DNA of 64,000 nucleotides from Amphiscolops sp. MND2022 (Eukaryota): NCBI GenBank assembly GCA_964187785.1, contig OZ076415.1, positions 30,380,001 to 30,444,000 of the forward strand, read 5' to 3'. Shown piece by piece: positions 13,199 to 27,011 of this stretch (position 1 is its first letter; each line of letters starts with the position of its first letter). The notes under the pieces were generated by a model. It saw only the letters and a program-made list of their open reading frames with translations, ran no database searches and was not told where the DNA came from. The position numbers and the translations under genes were made by a program.

Positions 13199-14398
13199 GT
13201 AGTGAGTGATGTTTGAATTTGTGAAAAATTTTGTTTTAAGTTTTGAGATGATAAATTAATTAACGATTTTCAGATATTTCGAGCACCAGATAAAATGCTT
13301 CTTCAGAAAACCAGTTATGTCTCGCAATAAATGATAGGTAGTGAACAATATCCGGTTGTGGATTTCAAATCTTATACCAGCTTTTGGGTCATATATAAAC
13401 TACCATTTGGGAAAATTAACAGTTGCCGACTAAACTTTTTTGAGCTCTAATGATGGTGACAACATAATTCTCAGGGAAAGTTTGATAGTGACGCTTTTTA
13501 AAGCAAACATGAAGAACCATTTCAACAACAAGAATACAAATCACGTTTAGTATCATTCCATCCCATTTTTGATGCCTGACCCCGTTCCTTTTACATGATT
13601 TTTTAAATGTTTACTGACATTAAAAAATTATAAAGAGAAAAAGGCAGTCGGTCAATTTCGCCTTGCTTTGAGGAAATTTCAAAATTTCGAGCCAAATTCT
13701 CAAATGGAAATTCTTTAGAACTTTATGTTGGCTTGTGGTCAGAAAATCCTAAGAGCTTCTCGAGCTTCTTTTGTTAAGTCTTATGCTGGAATTATCGTGC
13801 AGTTATAAGGTATACCAGTATTAGCAGCAATTTAAAGTTAGGTCCTTCCGTTAAAAAGTGTTAATTTAATTTAATCAGTATATTTGAAAGAACTACTCAA
13901 TTTCAATTTACATTTCTCACACAAAATGAAAAATCGAAACAAATCAGAAAAATATACATTAGTTGAATAAATGAGATATCGAAAGCACCAATGAAGCCTT
14001 TATAATCCAAGATATAATCTTCTAATTCAATCAAACTACTCGTTCAGATCACCCAAATCCAAAACAAATGACACCCCGTTATTTGAGCTGAAACATACAT
14101 TGGGTCATTTTTGTGATTCATAAAGAACATAACTTGACGCAAATGTCGTTGAAAATTACTGAAGGGATAAAATCGCCAAAAAATGTCTAGTCTTTTCAGT
14201 TATTTCTGTTGCCACGTGGATAAACACTGAACTATAGTTTGACAAAATCAAGCTGTTCAACTAGGTCAAGAAGGTTGAGAGCTAGCAACTTCCATGTGAA
14301 TCAGTTTATAAAAAAATTCTTTGTTCGAGCTGAGGTTGTAAAATTCAAAAACGGTAAGATTCAAAAACTTACCGTAATGTTTGATGATTATTGTAGTT

Positions 14399-17300
14399 TT
14401 AAGCGACAACAATATCTATTTCGCAAATCTGGAGGAATTCTCCGGGGTTCACCACTCTGACGTAACTGCCCTGGACGCCAGCACCCTGGCACTCAACGTA
14501 CCCCCACGAGGAGGCAGCAACGTCAGCAAAGACCCCGCACACTGTGTTGCATCCTCCGCTTTGTTGACAAACTTCTACTCGTGCACCAGCCAACCTTTTA
14601 GCTAAATGAAAATGAAAGATTTCAAATAAAAATCCGGTGAAAGATTGAAAGCAAGAATGATAATTTTCGAGGTTTTAAAGACGTTTCAATCATTGGAGCT
14701 TTTTTGAAGACACTGAAATTAACCCGACAAGTAGGTCCGTCCTCCAGTATTTTTCAAAACATGATAGTCGTTTAATGACTATGAATAGCTCTCATCGCCT
14801 ATGCCAGAAACAAAACTTTGAACATTCTATGCGAATTCAAAGAAATATTGTAGAAACTTCCATCAACGTGAATAATGACAGCGCGCTAAACGACAAAAAA
14901 CGCGCCATACCATTTTTAGTCGGCGCCTTTTCCCTTAAGGAAAAAAGCCCGACTCTTAGAGTGAGTTTTTTATATATTTTTTTCAGTTGACAATCTCACT
15001 CTGAGTGGTCCACTTTTTTACAATCTTTTGTTTGTTTGTTTTCTGAGAAGCTTAGTTTTTCACAACTAATTTTCTGAGAAGCAGGAGGTCGTAGGTTCGA
15101 TTCTCGCACTAAACCGCAAGTTTTTTATGCTTCCAAAAGTAGAGGCGAGACCAAAAGGTCCCCCCTTTGGGTTTTTTTAGCGCTATACGACCTTTTTTCG
15201 GAAATTATCGAATTCTATCAAAGGGTGCCCCCTTGTTTTTAGTCGGCGCTTTTCTAGGGAAAAGTGCCCGACTCTTACAGTGGCTAGTTTTTTTTCTTTT
15301 CTTTTTTTTCGTCAGACTACAATCTCACTCTGATTGGGCCACTTTTCTTACAATCGAAACTACTAAAACTACTAGCATAAGAGGCCAAGTCCGGTCAGCG
15401 GAAATTAGTGCAAAAGGGTCCCCCCTTTCATTTTTTACCTTTTTTACGTAACCTACAAAACCGGAAGAGACCAAAGGGTCCCCCTTTCAATTTTTTTTCG
15501 GCACTGTGCGAAATTTTTTTCGAAAATTTTTTAAGGTCTCAAAAGAGTCCCCCCTTCGAATTTTTTGATATTTTGCAACAAAATGTATGTTAATAAATCC
15601 CAAAGGGTCCCCCCTTTTCATTTTTCGGCACTTTTGCGACATTTTCGAAGTTTTTTCAAAAAAAAATTTTTCAAAGAAAATTTCAAATTTTATTTTGTTC
15701 CCAGTCGGGAAACAGTGATTTTCCAGTCATATAGAGCATGAAAGGCACACTTTGGGTGTCTCCAAAGTGTTTTCAAAGCTTTTCATGAATACGTCCTGAG
15801 CATATTTAGAAAACTTTGCGCTTCTTGAGCCTTAGATATAGCGCCGACTTTAGACGTTCCCGTCTTGTTTCTTCAGACTACAATCCTCATACTGATCGGT
15901 CCACTTTTTAGAAACAATCCTGAAACCACCTAAGGCGCCCAGTCCGGCAAAGGGGCCAAGGCAAACTTATTGCAAAGGGTCCCCCCTCTTTCATTTTTTT
16001 ACTTTTTTAACGTAACCTACAAAACCGGCCGAGGCTAAAGGGTCCCCCCTTTTGATTTTTTTTCGGCACTCTGCGACTTTTTTTCGAAATTTTTTAATGT
16101 CCCCAAAGGGTCCCCCCTTTGAGTTTTTTGTTATTTTGCAACAGAATGCATGTTTGGAAATCAAAAAGGGTCCCTCTTTTACATTTTTGGCACTGTGCGA
16201 CATTTTCCGAAAGAAAAAAATCAAAAATTTCAAGTTTTTTTTCCAAAAATATGTTTTGCGCTTTTTGAGCCTTAGATATAGCGCCGACTTTAGACGTTCC
16301 CGTCTTGTTTTTCACTGGGGAATCCGAAGTTACCCTTGAAAACGTGCTTGAAATTGCACCGTGAGCATGGCAGACCTTGGGAGTCGTAACTCCACGAAGC
16401 GTTTTTTCTGACATCTCACCAAGTTAGCCTAGTTCAAATCAATTTTGCCGTTTGGTATTACCTAGAAATTTTACGGCGTTTCTGTCTATCACTGTTGATC
16501 TAGGTCCACTTTCGTATTTATCAATTTTTTGAGAAATTTTAGCTAGCCTGAATCTGTGGAATGAACCTCCCTAGCCGAGATTGCTTGAACTTTTTACATG
16601 CTGCATGGAAACATGCAGGCTAATTTTTTTTTACAAAACATGGAAAATTCCGGAGCCTGCATGGAAACATTTTATAGCATTACAATGCAGCTTCCACTAT
16701 TTCAATTAAAACTGAAAACATTTCCACTACTTCACCACCGCGATCACTTTGTTTTCACGCGTAAGTTTCTCAAGTAAGTACCTTATGCAATCACCGTTAG
16801 TCAGATAGCACGCTGAATATGACGATACTTTGAAACTTATAATGTGACTGAAGTTTATCTGCATTGAAAGCGCGGTAAAATTGATGCAAACATACAAAGA
16901 AACGTAAAGATAATTTGACACATCCATAAAATGCCCTCAACATTCAGTGACACTGTTCGAATGTTAGGGGAAAACGCACAAAATTCTTCAACGTCGCCGA
17001 AAGGACAATTAAATTATAACTGCAGATATGAGTTCAATTGTCAATAGATGTTGAATATGAGATGATGACGACAGCAATAGTCGGGAAGAAACTTGATAAA
17101 TTTAAAATTTCACCTCTTGTTACTTTTTTGCCTTTTCAGAGACGTGTAATTTTTGGTCAGGGTTTTATTCCTCATACCTCAGTTTTGTCTGGTTTTTGTT
17201 TCCAGCTCATGAATATTTATTAGATGGGTTCTTCCTTACACTGTGTTCTAACTTTGACCCAATTTGTTTCTGAAATTTGAATTTTTCAGAATTTTTCAAG

Positions 17301-20300
17301 GTTATCAACAGTGAAAAAGCTGTTAGAACTTTGTTCGCATAAGTTTTGAGCCATCACTTTTTGAAGATGGTAGATAGTTCCTTCAGTTTGCCTGAACTAT
17401 GGATAAGATGTTTTCGACCAATTGCAAGTTCGTAATGGTTGGTTCTCTATCAACCTCTGTTGATGTTTCTTTATATTTCTTATCCGTTTTCTTTATGAAC
17501 TCTCCGGGTTTAGTGATAGTGCCCTCTTTTGTTAGTTCTTTATTTTCCCCTACAAAGTCTAGTTTACTTGATCAAGAGGGGCGTACCATTAAACAGAAGG
17601 CGTGAACAGTTGTCACACAAGTATGAACCAATATTTTTGACGTTTTTTGTTCTATTCGACGACTAGAGAATTAGTTGACTAATTTTTTTAGTCGTCAGAT
17701 ACTGACCAATTAAAACAAAAAACGCCAAAATTATTGATTCATACTTGCGTGACAACTGTTCACGCCTTCGTGACGATCGTCACAACAGAATGGTCAAGAT
17801 TCAACTGTTCACGCCTTCTTGAAAGCATAAGCGTGTCAATTTTGTGGATAGTTTCCAGCCAAATTTTTGGCAACTTAGCGGCTTAGCGGATCGCATTCCA
17901 GACCAAATGGACTCCAATCTAAGCAACCCTTCCTCCTGTAGTAAAATTACTTTCTAACTGACGTAGGGATTTAGCCAACGTACTTGAGTTTCATCAAGTG
18001 CATCACGGCTACAGTCTTTTGCACTTGAACAACGTTCGAGTTTTCGAATTCTTTTCGTTTGACCATTTGAGCAAACACTTGTTGAAACTGCTTGAACTTT
18101 TTGCATGTACTTTAATGTTGCCAGCAACTTTTATTATGATTTTCTAAAACTCTTACGGAAACTTTCATGCGAAATTTTGTCCCTGTTGTATTTAACTTTT
18201 ATCAAGCTGCTTGAAAGATTCATCAAAGTTTTGGCGGCAATTTTAAGCCTTGAAGTTTTGCAGGTTTCATTAAGCAGCAGTTATATTTTTGAAAGCAAAT
18301 AAGGCGCTATCAATTTTACCGCTAAATCGATGCAAAATAACTTCAGTCGCAAAAAAAACTGCAAGTTGGCGTCATTTCTAGCGTGCTATTTGAGAGGGGA
18401 ATTCCCACACAGCAGAAGTCTCAAACAGCAGAAAATGAAAATTCGGTCCCATTCAGCAGAATATTTCTTTATGCTGCAATCTGATTGGCTGAAATTTCAA
18501 ATCGAATTGAATTCACTATGATGAAAACGCGTGTCAGATTTTGTCGGAATTATTATTATAACGTAGTCAGATATGTTCACATACCCCTAGTGCCCTAAAT
18601 GCAGGAGCGAAGCGAAGCGGAGCGACGTGCCATATGGCCATGCCTCAATGTTGCTACTTGGCGAAGGGAGCGAAGCGACCGAGCCATACAACAAATATGC
18701 AAACCTTTTCAAATAAATCAAGTTTCTACATACTGGCCGTAACAACACTAAAAGCTAGTAATTTGAATTCTGCTGTATGGGACCGAATTTTCATTTTCTG
18801 CTGTATGAATAGGCCCCATTTGAGAAGCGGTGATCACATCAGATGAGTGGTTGAGAAAACAAAGTGTGTATACAAATTGATCGTGTCGGTAATCTAGTGT
18901 AATTTATTTTCAAATTTAATTACAATTGTGGAAAATGCAGTGTAATTGTACATGATTTACCAACCGAACTTCGCTGAATTTTCTAGGTTTTATAAAAAAT
19001 TACCCTGCATGCATGCCTGCAGCATGTAAAAAGTTCCTGCAGCTTCAACTAGGAAACCTTTTTCACTCATTTGATTTCTAGATTACATTTTTCAAGATTA
19101 TTCTGTAGACATGGTTTTCAAAGAAGAAGAAAGTATATGGGTGATCCTTCAGTCCATTGCTAACATAAATGTGTGCCTGTTCAATTGATGTGTTTTTTTT
19201 TGCGCTGGGAATTTTTCATTGGAAAGTGAACTATATTAGTTTCATTGGGACACTGTATCTGTAGCGTTTACATAGAAGTGAAGTTAGAGAAATTACAGCA
19301 GCAATTGAGTAGGAAAAGAAAAAAATCCGTGGCTTAAATTTTAAGAAAACAGAATAAAAAAAGACAACTCATCACACTTGGTTAATAGGTAACAAATATC
19401 CAAATTTTGCTTCTTAGCCATTTTAAAATTAGCTACGATTAGCAATTCTGAAATCTATTTGCAAATATTTCACAATTCATGTGTGCTACTCAAGATTGTC
19501 TTTTCTGCAAACCTTTTGATTCAGGCAGTAATGATAATGAAATAAGTATTCAGTGCACTGATATTTACCCTAACATCCTGTTGCTATTCTATATTTTCTA
19601 ATACAAATGTAATAAACTCAACAAAATAAGTTTCTCCAATCAGTTGATAAATTCGTTGGAACGGATTCTATCAAGATTTCCAGATATACGATTCAAGTTT
19701 CTCATATTAGTTTTGACTGATATCAATTGTCGATTGATAAGAATTGTTGCCATAGGTGGAAAGATTAGCTAATTCAGGAAAAACATGTAGTTGCTATGGT
19801 TGAAATCTGATTCACCTGAAAAAAATTGTTTGCCTTGAAAAAATTTAAAGAAATTTAGGGTTCAAGAGCTCTTGGTTTTATAAACCAAGTTATAACTGAC
19901 CTGCTCCGACAGAAGCTCGGTTGAGTACTCCGACATATTTGACTGAAGCTGGTTCAATTTGGTATTCGGCCCATCCGTCGTTGCTAGCCTGAGAATGGAA
20001 ACAGTTCTCGATATTGGTGTCAAAACCGCCGTCGTGTGATTTTGCCACTGTGTATTGGTTGCCATATATGGGAGAAGAAGACGATGCCAGAACTTGCGCT
20101 GGTTTCGTGCTGGGATTTGTGAGAACTAAAAAACGAGATAAATGGTTGACTTGGTAAAACATGTTCCAGTATGAAAAGCAACCCAACTGAGTTTGCTACT
20201 AACAACTGAGTTTGCCCTACCCAAGTTTTCCCATCATGGAATTCCATCCATGATTTATTCGGCGTTTCATGAGTTCGCCATGCCTAGAATTATTATATGT

Positions 20301-23300
20301 CAGTTTCTGTATTATTTCTGTATTATTACATGTCACCAATAATTATGGTGATCTCATTTTGACAACGATAATCATTGTTTCCCCATGTTGACGATCCATG
20401 CACTTCCATGCAAGATCATGTAAATTCCATGCTTGTATTGATCATGCATTGAAGCACATGGTTTGTCAGTACGGGTCATTACTTTCAATTTGCTTGAGCT
20501 AATGTTTGTGTCCTGTCCGATCAAAACATGTGCAGAACATGCCCAGCGATTGAAGAGACGCTCCGCTTGCCAACAGCATGGTTAATCTTACTAAATCATG
20601 GTTATAACCATGATTTAGCAAGATTAACCATGCTGTTGGCAAGCGGAGCGTGTCTTCAATCGCTGGGCATGTTCTTGCTATGATCTTGCTATGATCTTGC
20701 TATGTATCATGATTAGCCATGATCTTGACAAGGGTACCATGGTTATAACCATGGTACCCTTGTCAAGATCATGGTTAATCATGATGCATGGAACGCTTGT
20801 CAAGATCATGGCAAGATCTTGACAAGATATCCATTGTTTATCAAGATTCTTATCAAGCGTGTCATAGAACCATTTCCAGTTAACGACCGTGTCCCAACTA
20901 GTTGGAAGGCCGTATTTAACCATGGGCACCAGGAATGATGAAAATTCTCTGACAATCGTCATAGACTAAAATTTCTTTTCAAAACGTCGAATAACGTCTA
21001 AAAATTTGTAATTGTTTTTTTTTCGATTGATTTCATTTTTTACTGTATCATGTGACTCAACTATTGCCATTTGCCGCCTTGTCAATTTTGGAGTTGTATT
21101 CCCAGTCGTAAGCATACGTTTTCTGGTGAGAGAGTGAAAACATTACTTTCACAGTAAAGGGGTATCGTTTGTGCGAAGATCAGTCTGTAACTATAGTATA
21201 GCGTAGCAATGTCGAATAATATTTGGAGATTGAGATAACTCAAGCATGAATCTATGTTTTGTCTGACTTGTACACTCCCAAACGGTAAATTGACGTTTTT
21301 ACTACCACTATCATGATCTCCAAACACTCTTCGATAAATTAATATTGGGAACACTGATGATATCGAACTTGGATTGCTTTTTCAGCGGTGAACGACTTCG
21401 AAAACAGCGGTAGAACTACAAGTCACAGAGAAAGTAGTGAAATGTTTGGTGGCTCTCGCTTTAATCCAATCCGAGGATGTTCATCTCGCTTTTTGTAAAA
21501 TTCTGGAAACGTTACCCCCTGATACCCCGTTGATGCCGTTCCTAGAATATTACGAGAACACCTGGCTGGGAGCATCTGGGAGGTTGGGACGGCGAACCAA
21601 GCCTTTGTTTGATTTACAATTATGGAACCAGTACGAGAAAGCCTTGACTGGATCTCAGAAGACGAATAACTCTGTGGAAGGTTGGCATAGAGCATTCCAA
21701 CATGGTATGGGATTCTCCCATCCTACATTGGGCAAATTTCTGTCGTTTCTAAGCAAGGAACAAAGATGGACAGAAGTGAAAATTGCTCGTATACAAGCTG
21801 GAGAACAGCCACGCAAAGACTTAAAATATGTTAAATCTAACGAACGGCTCAAAACCATCTTGAGCAATTATCAGAACAACCGCATTCTCTCATTGCTAGA
21901 AGGCCTAGCGAACAATTTTGAATTTTAAACTCTTTTTAATTACTTAATTAGATATTGTTTGTGTTTCAATTCAATATTGATATGAGTTGTCGCTTTTTCA
22001 CAATTGATATGAGTTGTCGCTTGATATGAGTTGTCGCCTTTTCGGTTTGATATGAGTTGTCGCTTGATATGAGTTGTCGCTTGATATGAGTTGTCGCTAT
22101 GCCAATTTTGACAACAGCGAATAGCGAAAATAACTGCAATAGCCAAAACACTGACTGTCAATGTAGCGGTTCTGTTTTTGCCACTTAATGCAATTAATTA
22201 CCGTTACCATATAATTGCATTTCGCTAAATTTAATTCACAGTAAATATTTGTCCAATGTTGAGCTTAATTTTAGATAAGAACTATGATTAGTTTGGTTGT
22301 ACTTCCGAAGTGATTTAATGATTTACGCGAAGGTGTCAGCCTAATAGAGTCTTCATTTACATGTGCATATACTGAAAACCATAATGAAAACCATAATGAA
22401 TACCAAGTTCATTGTCAAAATGAAAACCGCAATCATCGGACCGTTGGAATAAATTTATGAAAGAAGTTCATTATAATGGTTGTTCAAATATAATAGTCTA
22501 TAGACTTAACCCTCGAATGAAAAAGAAAAACAAACAAAATTATAACCACATTTTTCTCCTAACTTACTGAAATCGAAATTTTCAAGTACACACTAGATTA
22601 CCCGCACTGATTGACCTGTTGTTAATTAGAGTTCATTAAACACCTTGTTTATATCACAAATAGTGACAATTTCATGCTTTGCATGCTGATCACTTTGATA
22701 GATGAACAAAAAAACAGAAGACATGAAATACTCAAATATTTGTCAACAAACGGTTCAAAGCAACTTTGAACATTGCCGTCTAGACATTTTCAAGAAATTT
22801 GAACCGTATTTGTTTGAAAAATGATTACGTAATGGTGGCTCCAGATTGACAGAAAAGTGAAAATTCCAGTGCCTTTTTTAGTTGGCGGATTTCAGTAGCA
22901 AGTTTTTTTGCATTACAATTAGATTAGAGGGTAACGTTTTTGTGTTTTGTTTTTTAGTTCACCTAATAGTTCATTTCTCTGTTAATCCATGTTTGTCGGA
23001 TTATCGTTTCCGTTTAATGAATGCATGCAAAATGAACATCTATGGTCATTCATGTCACATGCTAACTTTGTCCCTTGATGTCCATTTCGCAGATTTGCAG
23101 GAATGATGCATCGTTGGTAATTCTGACGTAATTGCCCTCAATGCCGCCCTTGGGGCAATCCACGAACCCCCACGAAGAAGCGGCCACGTCGGGAAACACT
23201 CCACATCTGGCTGTGCAACCCCCCCTCAAGGTACACACCTCTACTCTGGATCCCTTCAGTCTCTTGGCTGAAATGACGACAATGATAATAAAAAGCGTTG

Positions 23301-26300
23301 CGAAGCGTCACTCCAAAACGTTGGAGGACTTGGAAACTTTTGCTCTTGAAGAATTTTACGCAATTCCTGACGAATATGTAAAAAAACTTTTCAAGTAGAT
23401 AAAAAATTGGTTGATTCTTACTAAAATTAACCAGGGAGGTTTCACCCGATATTTAAAGGTTCAAAGTTGTACCTAGTTTGATGATATTATTTCAATATTT
23501 TCATGAGGTTATTCAATTGAATATTTTCAATTCAGTCCCATTTCTTTATCACAGTACTGTATTTCTTGAGCGTGACGTCAGAATTGTGTCAGTATGACAT
23601 CAAAAACAAACCCTTGAGTTTTTCCCGGCTTTTATTCCGCTATGAAAACAGACTGAATGATAGTCAGCCAAAATGAAAATTAGTGCAAATCCAAGCTAGT
23701 TTTAATCTGACCATCCATGTGTATTGTGGACAAGATAATCATATACAGTCTTGTGATGAAAGAATGAAACACTTGTTTGGTAATCAAGTTTGGAACGCCT
23801 GATGAGTTTGCGAAATTTCACAAAAACTGTCAAATTTTCTAAAGTATGATAGAAACAAAATTTTCTTAGGTTTTTGTCTAGTTTACATTCCCGTGAATTT
23901 TGTACGTCTTGAAACTAGTTCGAACCGAATTTGCAAATAAGAACTTTTGTATTAAAAAAACTTGGGAAATTCAGTTGCAGTGTCTAAATTAGGAGCAGAA
24001 GCTGGTCATTATTTACTATTTCATATTGTTTAAGATGCCAATCTTTCACAAATGTTACTCGAAAATTTTTTCAAGGCCACATACGGTTCTCTCGACGCGA
24101 GTTTGAAGTGCTATGCGCTTTTTTAACTTCAATCGAGCACTGGTTTTTCCACTTCGGTCTGTTTCGGTCACCACCCTGGGTGAAGTTAAATGCAAATCTT
24201 TAAAGATTCTTGCCAATTTCTTGCATTTGATGGCTATCTTGCAAGATTGGGGACCTAAATTCAAATCTTGCAAGATTTTTCAGTTGTATACAAATCTTAC
24301 AAGATATCTTACGAGATTCTTGAAAGAAAAACATTTTTTGCAAGATTTATGAAAAAAATCTAAATTTGAAAAATTCGAAGTTTGGGCGCGGCCATTTCAT
24401 CATTTCATCATTTTTGCTTGTCATCATTTTCGGATAGCCAAAACATGGTATTCTTGAAAGCTTCTTGCAACTCGATGCCAGTCTTGCAAGAATCTTGCAA
24501 GACAATGCAAACTTTGCAAGACAACAAATGAGTTATGATAACGTAGTCAACAGCTTCACCAATTGTCGAAAAAAAAATATTTTTCTCTTGTTTTTGCGTT
24601 TTTTTCCAGAAAATGTACGCCTATCATCAATTTAGGTTCGTTCGGCCTAATTTCAAAGTCTCCATCGTGTACATGATAGAGGGTAATTTGTTTTCCAATG
24701 TTCTACATCAAAACTGAGTTTCAAATGTCGGTTTTTTATTGCAAAAATTAGGCTTTTAGCGCGCAATACTAAAATCACACTTCTAGAGTTTTATTTTTTC
24801 TAGATTTTGCATTTTTGGGTCCTTCACAATTTAAGAAGTGAGACTCTGGCTGTATCTATTGTGGAGAGTGTCTTCATAAATCGGATCCCTTAATTCCATG
24901 AAAACTTTTGATTTGAAAATTCAATTCTTTCAAGATTCTTTGAGAAAATGTTTATCTTGCAAGATTATCATTGAAAAAATGTATATCTTGAAAGATTCTT
25001 GCAAGATTTCTTCAAGAAAAATGCATTTTGTTTAAAGATAAAAATGTAAGAATCTTGCAAGATAAGCATTTTTTTCTTTAACTAGGGCAGTAAATTTGAT
25101 GCTGAATTGGAATCTAACCTGATCCCACCGATTGCCGATTTAGTACCCCCACCTTGAAAACCCTAGAAGTGGGGATCTGGTATTCGGCCCAGGCATTTGT
25201 GTAGGCTTTGGAGTGGAAACAGTTGTTGACCTGGGTTTCCAGTCCCCCATCGAATGACTTTTCCACTGTGTGCGTGTTGCTGTAGATTCCTGATGACGTT
25301 GCAGAGTTGATCGGGATTTCCGAGATGGCAACTAAGAGCAAAAAACAAACATTAATGAACTTCTTGAAGAAAAGTTTGTTTAACTTTTCCGAAGTTCCAG
25401 ATTTGTAGCTTCGAGGATCATAAAAATCATAAATAGTGAAAACATTCTTGCGGAAAACAGTGATTTTAGTGAAAAAAAGTTCTGCCGAATTCAAAATTTT
25501 TTTTCTCAAAAAACTTTGATAATGGTTTTTCTAATGATAAATATTACGCTGAGAATTCTTGACTGAGTATGCATTTGACTGACGAAACAGGGTTTACCCT
25601 TGCGAACAACAAAAGCTGAAACTTCGATGTCGTGAAGGTTTCGGAAATGATTCCATTTTACTGAATGGTCATCACTCATTGTCGGCAAAAAACTTTTCGG
25701 TGATTTCAGCCCAGATTCAGTCTTTGAAAAAAAAATGCAAAAATTGCAGCAGTCATTACGAAAGCTCAAAGGATTGAAAATGAAACTTTAAAAATAGCGC
25801 GGTATATCATTTTAACTCAGGTCAAATTGTATAGCACAGTACCTGTTACTCCATTCCTAACACTTTCTAGTTCGTCGCCCATCGCAATGAGGGAGTCGGA
25901 CAGAGATTTCAGCTGAGTTTCCAGGGACGAGATTCTCGCTTCCGCAGCTTCCAACTTGCTCTCGAAACACGGAGAACCTGAAAGCACCTTTTTCAAACAG
26001 TTCTCAGTTCTTTGTATTTTGTTTAGGAAAAAAAATCTGTGGAAAAGTTTTAAAAAATTGTCATATTCACGTGAAGCTCTGCGTGCAATTATTCATTTAT
26101 TGACAGACGAGGTGCACATTTTGATCCGAAAAATGCCACAAATTTATCCAAATGTCACAACAATTTTTGTTTCATACTTTACGGAAGATTCATTATTATT
26201 TGAACTAAGAGGATGCTGTCTGATTTTGTAAAATTTTACAAAATTTTGGATGTTTTGAAAAAAGTTGTATCGGTTGGTGACGAATGGATGGAAAGGATGC

Positions 26301-26490
26301 TCACATAATCCACAGGACTGGGGACACAGGTATGCGAAGAGGCGGTTGTTGCAGTCTGGTTGGGGGGTTTCGTCCGCCTCGAACTTGGCGAGGAGTCCAC
26401 TTGTGACGTCACTCTGGTACTGGGCGAAGAAAGCCGCGTTGGTTGTCCCCGGACACAGGCGGTGGTAGTCTGTGCAAGTGTCGGTACAGC
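14399..26490 (-). CDS. ShKT + coiled-coil + two F-type lectin (FTP/fucolectin) domains; first (signal peptide) exon not found
   Basis: Six phase-1 exons, all joining in frame: 26305-26490 (ShKT), 25843-25977 (completes Cys; coiled coil), 25119-25331 and 23067-23267 (FTP1: SFDGG..CFHS..WAEY..VLNR / KRL..VEVC..CG..FLQICE), 19901-20125 and 14399-14601 (FTP2, TAA). Confidence 0.85.
15140..16309 (-). repeat. Two adjacent copies of an interspersed repeat (gggtccccc-rich; DINE-1/Helentron-like end)
   Basis: Conserved end ..gagccttagatatagcgccgactttagacgttcccgtcttgtt at 15869 and 16309; same family at 36284, 37916 and 40955. Confidence 0.7.
17596..17769. repeat. Hairpin MITE-like inverted repeat
   Basis: Arms gaaggcgtgaacagttgtcacacaagtatgaa.. 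and ..ttcatacttgcgtgacaactgttcacgccttc; partial third copy at about 17803-17819. Confidence 0.8.
18560..18690 (+). repeat. Dispersed repeat (gagcgaagcg motif); inverted copy at about 61655-61815
   Basis: catacccctagtgccctaaatgcaggagcgaagcgaagcggagcgacgtgc matches the reverse complement near 61740-61790. Confidence 0.8.
20534..20774. repeat. Two palindromes sharing the core catggttataaccatg
   Basis: Near-perfect 142-bp palindrome 20534-20675 and perfect 58-bp palindrome 20717-20774. Confidence 0.9.
21437..21928 (+). mobile_element. Mutator-like (MULE) transposase C-terminal fragment
   Basis: FLEYYENTWLG..LWNQYE..KTNNSVEGWHRAF..HPTLGKFLSFLSKEQ motif typical of MULE transposases. Confidence 0.75.
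21979..22098 (+). repeat. Subterminal tandem repeat (gatatgagttgtcgc) x6 of the MULE-like element
   Basis: Six copies directly visible. Confidence 0.85.
24174..25087. mobile_element. MITE with CCC..GGG termini and 2-bp TSD (CMC/EnSpm-like), cttgcaag-rich
   Basis: ca|CCCTGGGTG ... ACTAGGG|ca; related cttgcaag-rich sequence at about 43730-43965 and 62940. Confidence 0.6.
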
Positions 26491-26563
26491 CTGGAAAAGG
26501 CATATATTGAATTGCAATTGCGACAATACGATCTCTCATTTTCAATATCTCACTTCAAAAGTA

Positions 26564-27011
26564 CCGTATATTCCGGCGTATAAGCCCCTACTTTTTTGAA
26601 CTTTTGGTGGTCAAATGTTTGGGGAAGAGGCTTATACGACAAACACAAAACGAAGACCGTTTTTCAGAATCGAAATTTTGGCATGACTTTTGAATTTCTG
26701 AAGAAGTCACTATTCACCCATATGATGACGAGTTGGATGATGTTGCAGTTGATTTTTTTTCGAAGAAGTTTCGGAGTCAGAGGAAATGACAGATGATGAC
26801 TACGATTGTAGTCCCTGAGAATTGAAAATTGAATTTATACCTCGAAAATTCATTCAATTTAGTAAACTTTCATTTTCTTTTATTTTTCTTGCTTTAGGGC
26901 CTTATATGCCGAACATACCGTAAATCAACAATTTCCCTTTCAAAATTGGGGGGGGGAGCTTATACAGATGGGGGCTTATACGGAGGGGGGCTTATATACC
27001 GGAATATACGG
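26564..27011. mobile_element. Tc2/pogo-type MITE with TA TSD
   Basis: TA|CCGTATATTCCGGCGTATAAGCCCC ... GGGGCTTATATACCGGAATATACGG|TA. Confidence 0.8.

Noticed and set aside
21979-22098. CRISPR-like array
   Set aside because: Repeats are mostly directly adjacent without unique spacers, in a eukaryotic transposon context.
19901-25331. Mutually exclusive alternative exons for the F-lectin N-half
   Set aside because: A matching C-half exon was found at 23067-23267, so these are two tandem domains.
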